From positions 682,001-746,000 of the forward strand of contig NW_020846475.1 in assembly GCF_003704095.1 (NCBI RefSeq): a stretch of DNA of 64,000 nucleotides. The letters are read 5' to 3'. Shown one piece after another: positions 1 through 15,100 of this stretch. Every line of letters starts with the position of its first letter. Positions within the stretch are counted from its first letter, which is position 1. This DNA is from Pocillopora damicornis. Lineage: Eukaryota. Made by a program: the position numbers and the translations under genes. The notes beneath the pieces are model-generated. The model searched no databases. It had not been told where the DNA came from and saw only the letters and a program-made list of their open reading frames with translations.

Positions 1-190
1 TTTCCCCTTGAGAGGAGGGATAGTATATTCATACTGTTCAGGTACCGAAAACTCCACTGATGGGTGGATTGACTTTCGATTAGGTTTCATAATATAGTAA
101 GGAAGAATCAAACTGCAAATATCTTAGATTAAAATTTAAGTGTACGAAGATAATTTGAGAAATTTTTTCTATTTTTCTTTATTTCACTAG

Positions 191-3100
191 GGGGGAGGTG
201 GAGAAGGCAAAGTACTCAGTGCTGGTGATAAAGTAACTTTTGTCAATGTTTGTCCTGGAGATGATTGCAAAATAACTGTTACGGTAATACAGTATTATTC
301 GTTTCAATAACTTTAAAAAGTATTTGGTTTTCATTTTGGGTGAAAATGCTTATGTTCGTCTTTTCTGATCATCTTGTTCAATAATATCGAATCAAATCAA
401 TTGATCATCAATTTATAATTTATATTCAGTTATTTCAACATGCTCATCGGCCAAGAGCGCTTGTTTGTATCAAATTGTACTCGAAATGAATTGATTGCCT
501 GTACAAATTTTATAGATTCGATTTTAGTTATAGGCTTTTTTCATCGTATTTGAAACTGTAATTGTTTTCGTTCCAATGCTATAACATTCATTTAATAGTT
601 CTTTTTTTATTTATGCAAGCATATATGGGGCACAAATCCGATGCAAGGACATTCGCATAATGACTCTTTCAATTTTTTATTTTCAATGCAAAGCTTAAAG
701 ATTACGGAGAAGCCAATTGGGTTGGAGATATCTTTGTGAAGAAACAACGACACAAATCCCGTCAATTACTTATGCGTTCACAGATAGACACCTCCAAAGA
801 ATTGGTAAGTTACAATGTATTTCTCCACCTTGCCTTACTTCTTTCATCCAGACTTAGTTCAATGGTATCCTCTCGTATAATTCTTTAAACAATTTTTCTC
901 GAGTGTGATAGCTTTAAAAGTGTTTCGTTATTGAATATGGAGCTAAGCACAAACGCGAACGGAAGCCTGAAGTTAAAAGTTTCCATTTCTATGGCTCTCC
1001 ACGCCTTTTTGGTCAGCATAATTTGGTTTAAGGTGCTAAAACGACTCTACGGTCGATTCATCGGCGTAAAAACACGCCAGAATTAGTTTTATTACTCTTC
1101 CAGTTGCCGCAGCGTCTCTAAATCGCCTCTGCATGAGTTCTCTAATATACCCTAAAACGTGGGAATGCCCTTTTCTATATTCCATCTTTCTAAAGTTAAA
1201 GGCGTATAACTGAGTTTTGCCGATCGACATATATAACTTGTTTGTCCGTCTCTGTTTGAAACTGCGCGATACTAAAGCTTAAATAGACGTGGAAAAGTAT
1301 GGGAATAGTAAAATTTAACAATTTGTAACGTTAACTTCAGAAGAAATCTTCCATTAAAAAAATGATTCGTCAAAGTTTCAAAGGTAAGTTGTATTTTTTT
1401 GTTTTGTTTCTGTTTTGTTAGTCGCTTGGAGTGAAATCGATGCCCCAACAAGGGACAAGAGAGCTGTTGATCTACTCTCCCTTCTGGCTCATCAACAAGA
1501 CTGGACTCCATGTGGAGTACAGGGTAAGGACAAGAAGCCAGCGGCTTTTTGGTGTTTTCCTTATTATCAATGCATTGTCTTTCTAGTGTTGCCGGCTACC
1601 ATTCATGTCCAGTGTGCAACGATAAGAACAAGTCGACGAAAGCTATTTTTAATCCAAGGCAAACCGGTGCCACGCGCTGGAAACGCTGGTTACCCTCAAT
1701 TTTCTTATTTTGAATCTGTTTCTTTTTCATCCGTTTTATATTTGTAATTCCCCTACCTATCCCAAGTGTGGAAGCCATGAACCAATCTCTCTACACTGAG
1801 CAAAAAACACATTTACCAGAATGATGGATAACTTCTTGAATTTGAATCAATTCCTTCTTGTTAAGGTCTCAAGATGTGAACAAGTTTATCGTCAGTCTGC
1901 TGTAGAACAACATCCACTTCTTTTTAACTTCACTGAAAAAACCTATAGAAAGGTAGGTGTGAAATATAGTTTGTCTTACACCAGAGCACTGTCTGCGCAT
2001 AGGCACATTGGCGCATACCGCTATGCGTTGTGATGACGGGCTTTCTTAGCATCAACTGAATTCGGAGTTAAGCGTGCAAAAATACTGCTTCCTCTAAAAA
2101 GCCTTTTGCGGTCGACAGAAACTATAGATAAGTTACAAAAAAAAGAAAAATGATCACAAACACAAATGTTTTGGCAGCACATCGAGAAACGTTTGGTTTG
2201 CCTACCTTGTTATCGTGTGTTAGCAGCCATGAGTTGACAAGAATACAAGTGAAAGTTGCTTCGGAAAAGACGTGTTTGCTGTCCTTGAATCTGGAATTAT
2301 TTTATTGTTTGTTTGTTTGTCTTCCCAGGCCAAGATCAGACTGCCTGGACATCCATGGTCGAACAAATTTTCTCTGGACGCTGTTGGAGATTCTGGAAAG
2401 GTAACATGCAAAGGAAGTGACTCAAAAAGGTTTGAGGTAAGATAACTAGAGTTAGTACTGGAGGTACATGTAGCGACCTTTATTGTAACAATGTTTATGA
2501 ATTCTGTGTTCCGAATTTGGCTCTCCAAGTGATACAGTTACATCATATCGACTCGGAATTACCTTCCTTGTTTCCGTTAGGAATAATGCTTCAACCTGCT
2601 CTCCGATACGTTACAAAGGAATAGAGAAGAGAAAGCTGGAACCTGCCCAAAAATGATATCTTGACCTCTCGCTCAGTCGATGACGTAGTCATATTTATTT
2701 TCGTCTCAGTCCTTGTTCGTTCATTTTGTTTTATACCCCTTGTCATATTGTTTCAGTTTATCCTACAAATTGAAATGTCCAGGACAGGGCTGACAAGGGT
2801 TGTGACGTTAACCCCGAAATACGTCATCATTAACAACACGGAGGTATGTGACATTCATTGCCCCTTTACAAAGTTTCCGTATTACCTCGCCCGGGCGCTT
2901 ATTTAAAATTTCAGCTAAGAAGGGGCGCTTATTGGAGGGAGGGCGCTTAATCGAGGGGGGCGCTTGTTCAATTTTCCTTTCAATAAACTAACTTTATTTT
3001 AGCTAAATATTTAAAAGAAAAACTAAAACTACAGCAATGTCTGCGTAGACGCGAAGTTGATATCTAGATAGAAAAAACTGGAAGTGACTTAACGAAAAAG

Positions 3101-6100
3101 AAACCATTCTCATACACTGATTCCACTGTTTTTAAAGCTTTAAAAGTCAGAAATATAGTGGCAATAGAAACAGGGTTTCTTTATATCCCTATAGTGTAAG
3201 AAAATAAGGAAGGAGGGGGCAGCATAATTAAGAGTGGCGCTTGTTTCACATAGTGGCCAAGGGGTGGGTGCTAAATGGGAGTGCGCTCATAGAGCGCGGA
3301 CACGGTACCTTTAAAAGGTTACCTGGTTATGAAAAAAAGTGGTTAGAATCTATACTTAACTAAAGGCCAGTTCCCCCCACCAACAACACAGCAACAACAC
3401 GGCAACAACACAGCAACAACACAGCAACAACACAGCAACAACACAGCAACAACACAGCAACAACACAGCAACAACACAGCAACAACACAGCAACAATACA
3501 GTCTGCTTTTGGCTATGAGAGCCAAAACACCCTAGAAGCTAAATCCTTGGGGGCGGGAGATATCTTTATGGGTAGCTCATGAAGGAAAGTACCCTCTTCC
3601 CCGACTCATCGTTTATACCGGAATTTCTTTTTGTTTGATTGTGTTTATTCAGTTTGTTTTGCTTTTTATGAATTGTATATAAAAAAGATGGAAAACAGAT
3701 TTAAGTTTCTTAATAATCTTTATTACTAATATCCTTTCTAAACCTTTTCTTCGCAGATTTCGTTCTCTTTTATTGAAAATATAGACAGAAAGGCTTTGTG
3801 GTTTGTTGTGGAACCAGGAGAAGTAAGTGAATCACACCATCACAACTTTCTACACATTTATTCGAATAAAAATGGCAGACTGAACTATTTTTGCGTTTTT
3901 AAAATTTATGACTGGAAGATGGAGAGATGAAATCGTTGTAGTTTCGTCTTCAGCCGGGAAAATTTACCTGCTGCTGGTAGGAATGAGATTCAGGGGCACC
4001 CAATACACAAGTGTTAACAAACCGTATTTACCCCTCGAGCCACCGGGGCTTTATTGAGTAGAACTGAAAATGTTTATATCAATTGTCAAAATGTTACAAA
4101 ACCTTTTTTTCGGTAATGGTTAGTCCAGAATACAAATTTGAGAACCGTTTGCCTATGGTCTCGTTTTTTAGAGCAAACCATTTTGGCCCAATGACAAGTC
4201 CAGTTCAATCGTGTTGAAGCCAACAATGTCAAAGTTCATTTCGAAGCCTTTTAGTTTCGACTCATCGCACACGACAGTTCTTCGGATTCCGGATTGGCAG
4301 GCTCTCACTGTCGACGTTCATGGAGAGGTCGAAGAAGCCGTGACAACTGTAGTGGTGTCACCTTACTCGCCTGGAATTGCAACAATCAGGATTGAAAATC
4401 TGTGTGACGATATTCCGATCCGGTTTCATCAGAAGTAAGTTCAGTGGCAGCACGTACGTAAGATGATATGATTATGTCCATATTTTTGAAAGCTAACCTG
4501 GTATTGTAGACCAATGCGATTCTAGTGCGGAAAAACGTTTATATAGAATGATCCTCTCTTTGCGAATGCAAATTTTGGGTGAGATGGGGGAGCGCCTTCC
4601 TCTTCATTTTGCTCTGATTTTCATATCTTCCGATGCATACTGAGACAATGGTTAACTGAAGTGCTGTGGGTGGGCGATAATGTGTTACTGATACCTCTAT
4701 TTTTTAAGAAACAAATGTCACTTTTCTTCAATTCGCAATTGCTCCTGATTGAGTACCAATAACTTTCAGAGGCTGTGGGCAGGTGACGTTGCTTGACTCT
4801 AAGCAGATGATCCTGTACACTTGGGATGATCCATTAGGTGTAAGAAAACTGCTCTGGAAACCGTTCAAGGGCTTAGATAAGCCAATTGAGGCTCAAGTTG
4901 ATGAGGTAGGATCTCAAGAAAAAGCAGTTTTCGTTGAATTTTATTTGTATCTGTCTTCGACAATTACTCGTATTTGATGCCATTTTTGTTTGCAATGATT
5001 TTAATATATCGCGTTGTTGTGATCCAGTATCAGTGTCTTTACTGGAGATTTGCAGATTTATTCAGAAGAGCGGCACTTGCATCTTTCTGTAATACCTGCT
5101 AAAATTCTTAAGGAAACATTCAGAAATTTTAGTGTAACTCAGCAGCCTTACGAAGGTAGCTCTCCGATGAATTTCCAAAAGGCTCTTTTCCAGGTTCTTC
5201 ACTTCTAGCAAAGAAACGACCCATTTGAAATTGAATTGTCCAGTAGAAGGGCATTTATCGGCAAGAGTTCTATACATTTCGCTGAACGGTGCATATTTCC
5301 CTTTTTTCACCCCCCCTCCCCCCTCCATTCTGAGTATTTGCCTAATTAACTTAAAATTGTAGGACAGCTTCGGCGAAATTCGAATGGAACTCGATGAAAT
5401 CTCCCCACCAGTTAAAGATGACCGAAATCAGTTGGAAGACAGAGACAGCACGTGCGGATTGTTTTGCGGCTCGTCAAATGCTGTACCTGTAGGAATAGAT
5501 GAGGCAGAGTGGGATACTGTGGATGGGCCGGTGGTACACAGGGTTAAGAAGACTATCTACTGGGTGTCTGTCATGGACGGACTGCAAAGGGTGCTGATAT
5601 TTGCTGATGATGAAAATCTTTCCTGTCTGGCTCGGAAGGTATTAGAAACTGGATTAGAATCAAGCTCATTTTCTTGTAATCACGAAACAAATACACTTGC
5701 TTTCAAAAAATGAAAGAGATCGCTTTTGGAACTTTTGAAAGTTTAGAATAAAATATGTTCTTTTATGTCGTAAATTTATTGCAGTCGCTTTAATGATTTC
5801 AGTGTTGTGACTCTGAAGTTGTTACTATGGAGATTTTCATGTCACTGGATGGTGTCGGTTTGTCACTGGTCAACAGCAAACCTGATGAAGTTGCATACAT
5901 AACCTTGTCCAGGTAATGTTTCTCCTCGGTGTTTTCATCTTAAACTTTTCCCTTTCATCATTTGCAATCTGTTTACAGCTTCACCATCCTCAGCCCTCCT
6001 TGTTCATCTTTTGTTTGTTTTAAACCTTTTCATGTTCATCTACACTACCAAAGTTTTATTTCAACTGTTTATGCTGCTTCAGGGTAAGATTTACTCCAAT

Positions 6101-9100
6101 TAGTATAAATCTACAAAGGGTCTATCAGAAATGCTCCGTTATTCGCAATGTATTGCGCAATAAATAGGGGGTGAACCGAAGTCAGTGTTCGAACATTATG
6201 CGGTTGTAAAAAAAATGATGGAAAGATGAACTTGTCTTTAAGTTTTTAACAACTAGTAGATTTATACTAAACTAGTGTATTTGCTCACGATTCCTATAGC
6301 GTGATAGCTGATTCGGGGTCGCTTTCCTCAACTATAACGCGAAAGAAATCGAGGAAAAATTTTCTTATTGATAAAAAATTGTATCTTTTCCTCTTATAGG
6401 GGTCAGTTTGAAATACTCATCTGGAACCCTAGGTCCTGATTAGGTCTGATTTTCTGATGCATCTACATTTAGGGTATACCTAATTTTAATTGAGTAAGTA
6501 ATAGATATTAAGTGATCTGTCTTTGTTTAATTTGGAATCGTTTCACAGTTCATCCTCAGTCTGGCAAGTAAAGGGATCTTCTGGAAAATGGAAGACCCTC
6601 AATCTAGAGTTGTCAACTTGGTTAGAGGATGCCTGGAGGAATAACGCAGAGGAAATCGCCTTGGAAGACAGGGAGGTGACGACTGCGTTCCAATATCTTT
6701 CAATTTATATAAAAGAGAACACTTTTGAAAATATTTAATGTGCTGTAGTCGTTGACAATAATTCTAAAAAGAGAGATTTAGCTCTGATTTCGTTATTCCT
6801 TTTTTTAATCCATAAAAACATTCCCAGAAATATTATCCCTATTTCCAAAGTGTAAATATTTTAATCTTACTTTTGTTGTTCATGGTCTGGCCCTCAGTTT
6901 TCAGAACGTCCCTCTGGAAATTAGCTGTTGACATCCTCTCATGGAATTCAAAACATTTTTCCTACGTTTTATATCTGGGTTTTTTGTTCGCTTAAACGAG
7001 TGATTCTCTCTGTTGACTCTGTACAGGTGAACTTAAACTCAATGACTATGACTCGCCCGTATAGCGGGGCCCTTCAAAGGTTGTTTGAACCTGCTTTGTG
7101 GTTAAATTACTCCCGATCAGATCACTACCACAGTTTGCACTGCAGAATGCATCGAATTCAGGTGAGGAAAGATGATGGCTTTGCCAGCTGTTTCCCGTTT
7201 TTAGGTTTTTCTTCCGTCTGATTATAAGTAAATTTTTTGAAATAAAATATTCGGCTGGATAATTTTGTTTTCCAAAAATTTCAAAGATTAAAGTGCATTT
7301 AGATATAGATTAGAACCTGTGCTTTTTTCGTCTTTTTTTCTCGACCCTGCTTCAATACTGAGGAGGGATCATTCTTTGCACCGGCGTATATGCTTTGAGA
7401 CCCAGGTGCTCCAATGTTTATTTTATGCATAGGTATATTGCCACTATTCTCTAACTTATCTTCGTTGCAAAGCATTACACGCTGTTTTGCTTATTTCAGG
7501 TTGATAATCAGCAGTTCGGCACGGTTTTTCCAGTTGCTCTTTATCCATCACCGCTACCTTCTTCCATCATTCAGAGGACAGGTACGTACAGTTGCCTTGC
7601 TTGCTATTATGTAATAATGAGAGTTGTCTACCAAGTTCGCGCTCATTGCAACTGCGACCGGACATGCAATTCATTAGACAAGCCACGCGTGCTGAATAAC
7701 TGGCTAAAATATAGTGCTGATGAGTGCTTCTGTTCTTCGTTTGAGGACATTTTACGGTATGCACCAGCTAAGTCTGTCAAGCAAAGTGTTAAAAAATTTC
7801 CCAATACAAGGCTTGTTGATAAAGGTGTCTCTCCTAGGTGATATTTTGATCACTCCTGTTTTCGAAGGTTTCAGAAGGATTTAGGCGTAGACAATCTCTG
7901 CTTCTCTGTACTTCGAATTGGTTATGCATTCTGCACCGAAAAATCTAATTAACGTGATAGGTTCATGTTTTATTTTCGTAAGACCAGAGAGCTTAGTTTT
8001 GAAAACAGCTTTCTATATATCTCCTCTAGAATAGGGCATATATGGAGGTACGGGTGTGTTAGCCTGATACTTTCTGTATATAGCGTATCCCTTAACGAAA
8101 ATTTGCTCTTTCAGGACTGAAACCGTTCATTGAAGTGTCAGTGATTTATCATCACGTCCCTAAAGAAGGAATGCACCACATAAAGTAAGTGCATAGCAGA
8201 TTTAGCTGCACACCAATGTTCAGTGTTTGGTAAGTTTGTACTCGAGTCAGTGGCACGTCCAGCCGAAACTTATCCCGGTTTCCTTATCATGAAGCAACTA
8301 GGAGTATCAATACTCCCTCTGGATGAGATGCTAGTCCATCGCAAGGTTGCCCCCCAACATTTCATCAGCCTTCCGTGACAATTCCTAGAACCTAATTTTT
8401 ACTCCTTGGCGGAAAGAGGCTCTGTGAAAGCGAAGTGTTTTCCTCAAACGAACTCAGACCTCCCGTGCAGGAGTCCAGCCCACTAACTCCAGTGTTGGAT
8501 CAACTTGGATAATTGCAATCTTTATTTGTATCGACAGGTACGCTAAGGCTTTGGTACAGGCTATGAATGTGAGAATTGATAAAGGATTCATTATTTCTAT
8601 GGCAAGTTTTTTCAGTCAACAGAAGGAACTTCTAGAAGAGGTAAGAGGCATTGTCTGAGTTAAAGTAATGGATAGGAAAAAAAGCGAAGGAGAGGAGGAG
8701 ATAAAAAAAAAAGACATTTGCAGAGTGTCTGGTTCTTTCAGTAATTTAGTTTTCTGCACTTGTGTAGAAATCAAATCTGCCTCAGGTCCCATTTCTTGTC
8801 TTCCGTCCTTCATTTGTTGATTGGTGTTTGCATTTTGTTTTCATGACAGGAAAATTATTTCGAAGAAGACATGAAACGATGTGCCGTGCCTTTGAGGGAA
8901 ACCAAAGCAGTAAAAGTTTGTATCGGCTGACAATTTTCCTGTGTTAATAATGTAAACAATTTTAAAAGTCTAGTGGGTTGGTAGAACTCTTAGGGCCGGT
9001 TATTTACACGAGGTTTAACCCCTACCGCGGTCTTACACAAGCAGTGGTCCTCATGGATTTCCCATAAGATGTCCTTCCACTATGAGCTTTCGGCCCTCTT

Positions 9101-12100
9101 AAATCTGTTCAAAAAACAAAATGTTTAGATTAAAGGTTCAGCTAAATTGAAGATGACTTAGAACGCGGTTCTGTTAAACAATGGAAAAAATTTTTTTAAA
9201 TAACATCACGAAGAACCATCGAGAACTACTTTTAAACACATGTAAAATGATTCCAGTACTTGAAAATACTACTGACCGGAAAGGGATTGGTTTAAGCTTG
9301 CGCCAGACTTGTTGGGGGGGGAGGGGGGTAGGGAATACCGGGGTAAATTTTTAACTCCAATACAACATAATACTTCAGATCAACTCAACCTGAGGTTACT
9401 TTCGACAACATATAAATTATCTCCACTACATGGCGACCATAAGTTGAAAATACATGAGTTTGTACTAATTAATTTTCCATGTAAGAAAAAAATTTGTAAC
9501 CTTTATATCAATATTCTGACTGCAGGCTGCATTGGAGACGCAAAAAGTTTTCCTAGAGTACTTTCATTTATCCCCTCTCAAGGTTTGTTGGTTTGACGTT
9601 TTGTTTGTCGGAAGTTTTTGCTTGTATTCTTTTGTTATAATTACGAACTAGTATTTACAGTTAGTTGATTGGTTTTGCCCAGACCGGACAATTGTGATTA
9701 ATATAGAATCATGTTTTTAAAAGGACTCGTCTAGCCAACCAGACGTTGCTAATTATAAGCAATCAAACCAAGTTAAGAATGATAGAGATGACAAAATGAT
9801 GTAATCACCTTTTGTCATCTTGTTTTCTCTTTTTGGATTCGATTATCCTCTTTCCTTGTGTTTGTTGAACTTCGCAATGTGCTGCACATCAGTGAAACAC
9901 TCAGCTGTTCCTTGTGTGCAACCTTTTTTTTTTGTTCTTACCACATTTTGACGTCATCTGTGAACCGACTTAAACTTGGCTACAAACCGACTCAAACTTA
10001 GTTACGAACCGACTCAACCGTGGGTACGAATCGACCGGATGCCTCTGTGATCTATAACTTCGGCAAAAAAGAATCTATGTATTAAATAATATTGTCAGTG
10101 AAGTGACTAAAATTGTTCTCTATTAGATCAACCTCAGTTTTTCACTGGCGTCTTCGTTTGATGAGGACGATGAGGATCAAGCTTTTGCTCAAGACTTGTT
10201 GGATTTCTTTGTCGACTCCATTGGGGCGACGCTCACAGATATTAATGATGCCACACTTAAGTAAGACAACCGTTTTAATGCTTAACTAAAATCAGACACT
10301 TGTGTCTAAAATCGGAAGTGTATTAAATCGGACGCTAATAATTAGACACTACTGTCTAAAATCAGACTTGTAAGCAAAATCGGACACTACAGGCATAGAA
10401 ATAGCATACTAGTGTCCAAAATACGACGCCATTGTCTAAAATCGGACACTAATGTCCAAAATCTTTCACTTCACGTCAAAATTCCCAAAAACCAGCTTAT
10501 GATAGCAATGGTGTGTGGTGCTGTTTACTTTGTGAATTTAATTTAGCATTATCTGTCCTTAGTGAAGACGGGTCTTTGTTGGAATTCTGTGTTTCCAGTT
10601 TTCGAGCCTTAATTGTGGACATTTATTCAAATCAAGTATTATTCTTTTACAAATAAAAAAGCATTTTTGTGGATGACTCCTATATTTGGAATTGTGGGAG
10701 GTTGTCATATATAAAATTTTGCTTTGTTTATTCTTTCGTTGCACATATTCATTTGATCAATTTTTTCCCAGAATGGCTTATTTCGAGCGAGTCAGTGCAT
10801 TTTTGACTCAAGAGAATCTTGTTGCTCAGATCACGCGGCATTACACAATGCAGGTAAATATTTAGCGCAACGTATTTCTTAGTGTGTATCGTTGTATCTA
10901 CATTTTTGTTTGCTCATTCGAAAAGGTTTTAATTTTTTCAGTCCTTTTTTTCAAGAAGGGGTCTCAAGAAAGGGGGAATCCCAAAAGGTGTTTGAACGTA
11001 TTCGTAGATTTAAGACGGTGGAGAAACGAAGAAGAGGAGGGCAGTTGACGCTTTAAGAGGCTATATAGTAGCTCTGATATCAATCTTGTCACTCCCGTTT
11101 TCGAGCATGTAATTCGGAAAGAAAAAAATATGTTTATCCTTGAGTGCAATATTTTGTGCCCCATTCGACACTTAGTGGTAAGCTTTAGGGGGAATTTTTT
11201 TTCAAATCGCGGAAATCCCGTCAAGCCGCGCTCTAGAATAAACCCTGTTCTATTCATCTTGCAGGGTGTGCGTCAAGTTTATGTTCTTGTACTGGGCCTT
11301 GATGTGCTTGGCAACCCGTACGCACTGATTACAGGGATTGGCAAAGGAGTTAAGGACTTGTTTTATGAGCCCTATCAGGTTAGTTGGGATTTTTTGTTCG
11401 TCAAAGAAAGGACAAAAATAGTGGACGAAATTCTGACATGGTATTTTTTCTATTTTGTTAGGGTATCATTGCAGGGCCAGGAGAGTTTGCTGAAGGTGTG
11501 GCTCGTGGTGTTAGGAGCTTGCTGGGTCATGTGATAGGTAACTTAAGCGAAGTTGCAATCAATAACGTAACATACCCAGTTTCTTTAAATTTTGTGTTAG
11601 AGTGGCATTCTTAAATTTTTCGTTGAGTGACGTACTTTCCTAGTTGACTCGAAGGATTGCATAAGGTCTTTTTTTAATTACATATTAGGCAAAATCGGCA
11701 AAATGTGGTTATATGCAGAACAGAACTCGTCAGACATGCCGTCTTTAGTTTCTACACGGACCTTTTTCCTTTGTGGCGGTATTTAACCCTAGGGCACACT
11801 CGATATCTTTTTTTATTTTTGTTTTTGTTTTGTTTTGTTTTTGGTGCAAACTCTCTTGCGTTCAGATTAATACAAGGTAACTGCAGGCCAGGCCTCTTGG
11901 AACAATGAAAGCAAAGATAAAAATGAATGTTCCTTTATGTTGTTATCAACACGTCGATATAAATATTTTTTTACGCAGGTGGAACCGCAGGGGCGTTTTC
12001 GCGCATAACGGGGTCATTGGGTCAGGCTGTGGCCACGCTCACGTTCGACTCAAATTTCCAGATGGTGAGTAGCTCAGCCCACGTTTTACATCTGCTTCGA

Positions 12101-15100
12101 GCAGAGAGGGAAGCAAGCAGACAATTCTATTGGCGTTGAGTTATGTACATAAGTGAGCTTTTCGCTATTGGCTATCGCGCATCGTAGAACGAATTGCGAA
12201 GCTGTCATTCAAGAACGTGTTTTTTTCTTCTAGCGACGACGTCTGCGCATGCACAGTCAACCTCAAGGTGTTGGTCAAGGACTGTTGATGGGAGGAAAAA
12301 GTCTGTTGATGGTGAGTTGAATTTGCGGATTTTTTAACCATTTAACTCCCATGAGTGACCAAGAAAGAATTTCTTCCTACAATATCCATACAATTTCAAG
12401 CAGGCAAGTGATGAGAATAAGGAGAAATTTCAATTAGGGGACTAAACGTTAATCTAGTACCAAATTCTCCAAACTAACAGCACAAGAACTGTATGGCAGA
12501 CAGTAAGGAGAATTACTAATGAGATCTTGGGAGTTAAAGGAGAGAATCGAAAAATCAAATTATGGTCGTTATTATTAATCGGGTTTTTTCGTTACTGCTA
12601 AGCTGCCAGGGAATTCTGACGAAACTGATGCTGGGGGAGAATAGTGAGGACCTTCTCTTTATCATCTTGAAGTAGAACAACAGGAATAAGATCTGACAGA
12701 CATGCAAGTCAATCTCAAATGCAGACTTAAAGACAAACAAAAGGACATTAAAATCCAGAAGGTGGTCACAATGACTTGTCAGACGGACTGACTCTTTCAA
12801 TTTGATTCCTCCTCAGGGTCTTTTCTTTGGACTGTCCGGTGTAGTTGTAAAACCCGTAAAGGGTAAGATTCTCCTCTATTTTTTCCATGTTTAAGTGAAT
12901 TGTTAAATGCGGGGTACTGTGACTGTTTCGCTGGTTACAATGAGGCTTCCTCGCAGAAATAAATTATTCGTTGAATAATGTATTCATTGAATACGTCCTA
13001 GTATTTAACGTCCGGGATGTCAGTTGAAAAAAATTTATTTCGAGTTCGTTGACGCCCCCTTGTTTGACTTATCATTAGACTGCAATTAGCATAAAAACAC
13101 TCTTCTCTCTACAACAATTTAAAAAATATGTACTGTGACTTCAGAACCACCTTCAATTTTAATAATTGATTGATGTTTTTTTTAATGAAGATTTGGTGTT
13201 GATTATCTCTATGTGAAATGTTTGGATTTGGTTATTCAAACGCCCACGAAGCACAAACTTTTCCTTCCGAAAGAAAAATAGAGCTATTTTTCCTTTTGAT
13301 GAATTTATTTTGTTTAGGTGCCCGTTCCGAGGGTGTGGAAGGATTTTTCAAGGGAATTGGGAAAGGCCTCCTTGGATTGCTTACACATCCAACAGGAGGA
13401 GTTATTGACATGGTCAGCTTTACTCTTGATGGAGTGAGAAGGTTATCTCTCTTCTGCTGTAAATCCTCGTGTTGCTCATTCACAATTTTTTGCAGGTTTA
13501 ACCTAAACGCATACACAATACCTGAGTTGAGTGTTGTGAAATTTTAGTGCCTAACGGTACTAATTGAAAACAACTTTACTAGAAACCACAAGCTGCTGAG
13601 GCTGCACGGAATGGTTAATTGTCCAGACTTTCTGTAACTCAAACTTACAAATTTTACGTGTCCATGATAACGGTATACTTCAATACGTCAAACGAGCATC
13701 GTCAAGGTTTCTAGACAATAACATACGAGTCCGCTTTAGGTCATAAATTGCAAACGCTACTCAAGAATCACAATCATTGGGTTTCATCTTCTGATATCCT
13801 GCAGATCAGCGGAACAGAACGGCGAAGATATCGCCTGCAGGATGAGAATTCCCCGTTTCACAGCCCCCAATATGGTAAATACAGCAACAGAATGTGAACT
13901 ATAAAGTAATTTTGTCAGATAGAAAAAATCTTCTTTCTGCACAAAGAAAGATTTAATTAGGTTGCTTTTATNNNNNNNNNNNNNNNNNNNNNNNNNNNNN
14001 NNNNNNNNNNNNNNNNNNNNNNNNNNNNNNNNNNNNNNNNNNNNNNNNNNNNNNNNNNNNNNNNNNNNNNNNNNNNNNNNNNNNNNNNNNNNNNNNNNNN
14101 NNNNNNNNNNNNNNNNNNNNNNNNNNNNNNNNNNNNNNNNNNNNNNNNNNNNNNNNCTTTAAGAAAATATCCATGAAAGAACGAGTGAAAAAAAGTTCAA
14201 GTCTCTGTTAATTTCACGTTAAAAGGCTTTTAGTTCACAAAAACCTTGAAAGAAAAAGATGACAAAACCACAATAAAAACCGACCTAACCTTGCAATCAG
14301 TGTATTTTCATTTGAATCGATCACGTTATCCCACTTTCAAACCCACTGAAGATAAATTTTCACCTCGAAATTTTTTAACCTGTACTTTTATTATTTTCCA
14401 CAAGCCTTTAAAGCCTTTCTCAGAGCACGACGCCAAAGGAAATGGAATCTTGCAGGTAACGATGATTACATTAAAACTAGGATTAACCTTTTAACGGTGT
14501 TTTAACTAGCACTTTACATCAGTTCGTTCTGGTCGTGTCGTCTACAATTGAATACCTTTTAAGGCCCCGGTATTCACCTGTGTTCATGCCATGACAATTT
14601 CTATTTTTTAAGCTTGGTGAATATTATCGAATAATTATCAAACGACCTTGGTGAAAAGTCGCTTTGAAGTGTGCACAGTTTCGACAGCAACAGAACACAT
14701 AAGATGCTTGTCGTAGAGCTCTGCGAGCTAGACTTAACGCCGAGTTCCCAAAAGTTTGGTGTTTTATCCATGTTGGATTTGATAGTCATTTGTTTCTCCA
14801 TTCCAGGGTTTAGATAAATTTGACGGCGATGTTTATATAGACCATATGAGCATTACAGATGAGGACGATAGTATTGTGGTCCTCTTGACAGACAGGTGAG
14901 TTGTTTACTCGGACCTGATCCCCTGTGTGCATGCGTGCTCATAACTTTGATGCCATACAGAGATGGTTGTTCCAAGTAACTCATCCGCTGCCGTGAAAAT
15001 TTGTTCTGAATTCTAAATACTTGTTTTAACCTGGTGAAATATTAAGTAAACTAACTCAAAAGGGAGAGGTTGCAGAACTGTTGTTATTTAGCTGTAAATA

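Noticed and set aside
3343-3525. Cys-rich 60-aa ORF / CRISPR-like array
   Set aside because: Translation of an 11-bp minisatellite; no spacers, eukaryotic intron.
9963-10463. CRISPR-like or iteron-like repeats
   Set aside because: Units are contiguous without unique spacers and no cas genes are present; ordinary intronic minisatellites.
13962-14174. ORFs across the N run, or a missing VPS13 exon in the gap
   Set aside because: The ORFs are X-filled artefacts; flanking exons join in phase and continue the expected motif.
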